This document shows, in pieces, positions 60,880 through 64,000 of a DNA stretch of 64,000 bases (position 1 is the first letter of the stretch; every line of letters begins with the position of its first letter). Where the stretch lies: the NCBI GenBank assembly GCA_963825055.1, contig CAWGSK010000008.1:32001-96000 (forward strand), given 5' to 3'. The position numbers and the translations under genes are program-made. The notes under the pieces were generated by a model. That model was not told the DNA's origin and made no database searches. It was given only the letters and a program-made list of their open reading frames with translations. Origin of the DNA: an uncultured Gemmatimonadales bacterium. Its GTDB lineage: Bacteria > Gemmatimonadota > Gemmatimonadetes > Gemmatimonadales > GWC2-71-9.

Positions 60880-62238
60880 ATGAACGTTCGGATACTGCTT
60901 TTCCTGCTGTTCACTTCGCTGGTTCCCGGCGCGTTACCGGCGCAGACACTCACCCTGGGCGAGGCGATGGCCAGGGCCGATGACCATGCCTGGGCCAACC
61001 GCATGGCAGCCGGCGAGGTCACCGCCCGCGCGGGGGTGGCCGACGGCGCCTTCCGTGGGATCCTGCCAACCCTGCGGGTCGAGGGTGGATGGATGAAGAC
61101 GACGGATCCCCTCTCCGCGTTCGGGATCCTCCTGCGACAGCGCACCGTCACCCAGGCCGCGTTCGATCCTGCCCGGCTGAACGATCCAGCGGCGATCGCA
61201 AACGTCTCCGGGGCCATCGTGGTCGAACAGCCGCTCTTCAATGCCGATGCGTGGCTGGGCCGGAAGGCAGCCTCAAGGGCCACGGCCGCTGCACGTGCGT
61301 CGGAATCCTGGACCCGCACCGGCACGAGCCTGGACGTGGTACGGGCCTACTACGGGGCAATCCTCGCCGGCGAGCAGGTCGCGGCCCTGGGGGACGGTTA
61401 CCGGGCGGCGGCCGCCCATCAACGTCTCGCGGAAGCAATGCACCGCAATGAGCTCGTCACGCGCGCGGACATGCTGCTGGCCTCCGTCAGGGCCGGGAGT
61501 GTCGAGGCCGACCTCGCGGGTGCCCGGGGCGACCATCGCCTGGCGCGAAGCAGGCTCGCCCTCGTGATGGGCGCGCCTGCTGATACCGCATTCACCCTGC
61601 CGGACGCGCTTCCGGATACCGCAGCCATCCTCCGCCTCGCCGCCCGGACCCTTCCCGGCGAAGACCCAGGTATGCGGGCGGATGTTCAGGCGGCGGCCAG
61701 CGCGCTGGAGGCTGCCCGCTCCGACGTGGCGCGCGCCTGGTCGCTCTACCTCCCGCGAGTGAACGGTTTCGGCCGACTGGAGTGGAATGCGCCCGACAGC
61801 CCGTTTGCGGGCCACGAATCCTGGACCATCGGCGTGATGGTGAGCTGGTCCCCGTTCGCGGGAGGTTCCGAACTGGCCGAACGTCGCATGGCGGAGGGAC
61901 GGCGGGAAAGCGCCCAGGCGGGGTACGAGGCCGCGCAGGCCCAGGCGGATCTCGAGCGACAGCAGACGGCCAGCGACCTGGAGGTTGCCCTGACCCGCAT
62001 GAGCATCGCGGCCCGCTCCGTCGCCCAGGCTGAGGAGGCACACCGGATCGTCACCCGTCGGTACGAGGGCGGCCTTGCGACGGCGGTCGAACTCTTTGAT
62101 GCAGCGGCACAGGAGACCCGGGCCCGGCTGGAATCCGCGGGAGCCCGCTATGCCGCCATCCTCGCGGTGGCCCGGGGGGTCCGGGCGGCCGGCGAGGATC
62201 TTTCACCACTGGCTGCACTCGATGTGTCGGGGGAATAG
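60880..62238 (+). CDS. TolC family outer-membrane efflux protein
   Basis: Signal peptide; two OEP repeats (ILPTL...QPLF; YLPRV...WSPFAG; RYEGGLAT). Confidence 0.9.
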   Translation: MNVRILLFLLFTSLVPGALPAQTLTLGEAMARADDHAWANRMAAGEVTARAGVADGAFRGILPTLRVEGGWMKTTDPLSAFGILLRQRTVTQAAFDPARLNDPAAIANVSGAIVVEQPLFNADAWLGRKAASRATAAARASESWTRTGTSLDVVRAYYGAILAGEQVAALGDGYRAAAAHQRLAEAMHRNELVTRADMLLASVRAGSVEADLAGARGDHRLARSRLALVMGAPADTAFTLPDALPDTAAILRLAARTLPGEDPGMRADVQAAASALEAARSDVARAWSLYLPRVNGFGRLEWNAPDSPFAGHESWTIGVMVSWSPFAGGSELAERRMAEGRRESAQAGYEAAQAQADLERQQTASDLEVALTRMSIAARSVAQAEEAHRIVTRRYEGGLATAVELFDAAAQETRARLESAGARYAAILAVARGVRAAGEDLSPLAALDVSGE

Positions 62239-63267
62239 ATGCGACGCCCGCTCGGTTATCTGGCATTGATCGTCGGCCTGGCAGTCCCGGCCTGCGGAGG
62301 GGATCCTGCCCCGGAGTCGCCGCCTGCCGGCCCGGCAGTCACCGGGGCCCCCTATGTGGTGCGCGATACAGTGCTCACCGCCTCGCTCGAGGCCACGGGA
62401 GTGGCGGAGCCCATGCGGCAGGCGACCCTCAGCACACGCCTGATGGGCAGCGTCGTGTCCGTGGGGGTGCAGGAGGGAGAACAGGTCTCGGCCGGCCAGG
62501 AGCTCGCCCGGATCGATGCCCGCGACCTCGAGGCGAAGCGATTGCAGGTGGAGGCTTCCATTGCCGAAGCCGAGGCCGTGCGGGAGGATGCCCTCAGGCA
62601 GGCACAGCGGTTCCGTGCCCTCTACGCCGACAGTGCCGTGACGAAGTCCCAGCTCGACCAGGTGGAGACCGGGCTGGCGAGGGCAGAGGCCGGTCTCCGC
62701 GCAGCGCGGGCCGGGGCGCAGGAACTGGCGGCGACCACCGCGTACTCTCGTATCACGGCGCCGTTCGCCGGAGTCGTCACCCGCCGTTTCGTCGATCCCG
62801 GGGCATTCGTGGCCCCGGGGGCCCCGCTCCTGACGGTCGAGGACCAGTCCCGTCTCCGGATCCGCGCCACGGCGCCTCCCGAGGCCGCGCGCGGGCTCCA
62901 CGCGGGCTCCACCGTCGAGGCCGCAATCGAGCAGGCCAGGGTACGCGCGACCGTCGAGGGTGTCGTGCCCGCCGGCACGGGGCAGCTCTACACCGTCAAT
63001 GCGATCGTTCAGAACCCCGGACGCGTGTATCCCGCGGGCGCGGCGGCGACGCTCAGCCTCCCGACGGGAGAGCGTACGGCGATCCTCGTACCGGAGGGTG
63101 CCATGGTGCGCGAGGGAGACCTGACGGGCGTCAGGGTGCGCGCCGCAGAGGGGTGGGACCTGCGCTGGGTGAGGACGGGACCGTCCCACGGCGATTTCGT
63201 GGAGGTGCTGAGCGGGCTGGTCGCCGGCGAGACCGTCCTGGTGCCGGGCACCGGCGGGGAGCGCTGA
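62239..63267 (+). CDS. RND efflux periplasmic adaptor (MFP) lipoprotein
   Basis: Lipobox VPAC; V.EGEQVSAGQELARID, ITAPFAGVV and VEVLSGL..GE. Confidence 0.92.
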   Translation: MRRPLGYLALIVGLAVPACGGDPAPESPPAGPAVTGAPYVVRDTVLTASLEATGVAEPMRQATLSTRLMGSVVSVGVQEGEQVSAGQELARIDARDLEAKRLQVEASIAEAEAVREDALRQAQRFRALYADSAVTKSQLDQVETGLARAEAGLRAARAGAQELAATTAYSRITAPFAGVVTRRFVDPGAFVAPGAPLLTVEDQSRLRIRATAPPEAARGLHAGSTVEAAIEQARVRATVEGVVPAGTGQLYTVNAIVQNPGRVYPAGAAATLSLPTGERTAILVPEGAMVREGDLTGVRVRAAEGWDLRWVRTGPSHGDFVEVLSGLVAGETVLVPGTGGER

Positions 63268-63268
63268 G

Positions 63269-64000
63269 ATGGGCATCGCCGGACGCATTGCCAGCCGGTT
63301 CCTGCGTTCGAAGCTGACGCCTCTCGTCACGGGGGCGTCACTGGTCGTGGGGCTCATGGCCATCCTCGCCACGCCACGTGAGGAGGAGCCGCAGATCTCG
63401 GTCCCGATGATCGATGTGATTCTCGCGATGCCCGGGGCGACGCCGGCGGAGACCGAAAACCTGCTGGTGCGCCCCGTCGAGCGGCGGATGTACGAAATCC
63501 CCGGTGTCGAGCACGTGTATTCCATGGCGACGGAGGGCATGGCCATGGTCACGGTGCGTTTCCGGGTAGGAGAGGACCAGGAGCGCAGCGTCGTCAACGT
63601 GCACGCGAAACTCTTCTCCGCCATGGACCAGGTGCCTCCTGGCGCGCTCCCGCCGCTGGTGAAGCCGCACTCCATCGACGACGTTCCCATCCTGACCCTC
63701 ACGCTCAATGCCGATCGCTACGGCTCGAACGCCCTGCGCGAGATGGCGGTGCACCTCGAGGGTGAGATCCGCACCGTGCCGGAGGTGGCCGAGACCTTCG
63801 TCACCGGTGGACAGCCGCGCCAGATCCGGGTCACCCTTGACCCGGCGCGACTTGCCGCGGCGGGGGTAAGTCCCGCCCAGGTTACCGGTGCGCTGAGTCC
63901 CGGGGCAGCACGGGTGGACGCGGGTGCGTTCCCCGCGGGGGACCGGATGTACCTGGTGCGGGCCGAGGCGCCGCTGGCGACGGCGGCGGATGTGGGACTC
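63269..64000 (+). CDS. RND efflux permease (AcrB/CusA family), truncated by the window end
   Basis: MGIAGRIASRFLRSKLTPL...TPREEEPQISVPMIDV...PGA open to the window end. Confidence 0.88.
   Translation, partial: MGIAGRIASRFLRSKLTPLVTGASLVVGLMAILATPREEEPQISVPMIDVILAMPGATPAETENLLVRPVERRMYEIPGVEHVYSMATEGMAMVTVRFRVGEDQERSVVNVHAKLFSAMDQVPPGALPPLVKPHSIDDVPILTLTLNADRYGSNALREMAVHLEGEIRTVPEVAETFVTGGQPRQIRVTLDPARLAAAGVSPAQVTGALSPGAARVDAGAFPAGDRMYLVRAEAPLATAADVGL

Overview
High-GC bacterial chromosomal segment; the gene content suggests Gemmatimonadota, which is an inference I have not tested. Most of it is core or housekeeping genes: pckA-maeB, nfo, ftsE-ftsX-envC, waaF, lepA, mfd, two parvulin PPIases (one SurA-like), pdxA, typA and tRNA-Ile(GAT). 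After the tRNA lies an accessory stress/efflux block (ACR3, MarR-VOC, OsmC, serine hydrolase, ArsR-TolC-MFP-RND, cut by the window end). The most striking structure is a small DUF559 (Vsr-like) endonuclease gene bracketed by ten inward-facing ~43-bp palindromic REP-like repeats, four on the left and six on the right; this resembles a RAYT/REP locus but with a different nuclease family. Also notable: (i) about ten intergenic loci built from inverted arms of 7-9-bp tandem repeats, (ii) a Cyc2-like fused cytochrome-porin divergent from a periplasmic cytochrome c, (iii) a secreted DUF4384-like protein with CxxCH and 24 pentapeptide repeats behind a sigma54/IHF-like promoter, and (iv) three apparent single-base frameshifts (BatA-like gene, mfd, S41/TPR gene) that are probably assembly indels. 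Start codons were chosen by eye and family calls come from motif recognition; no database searches were run.
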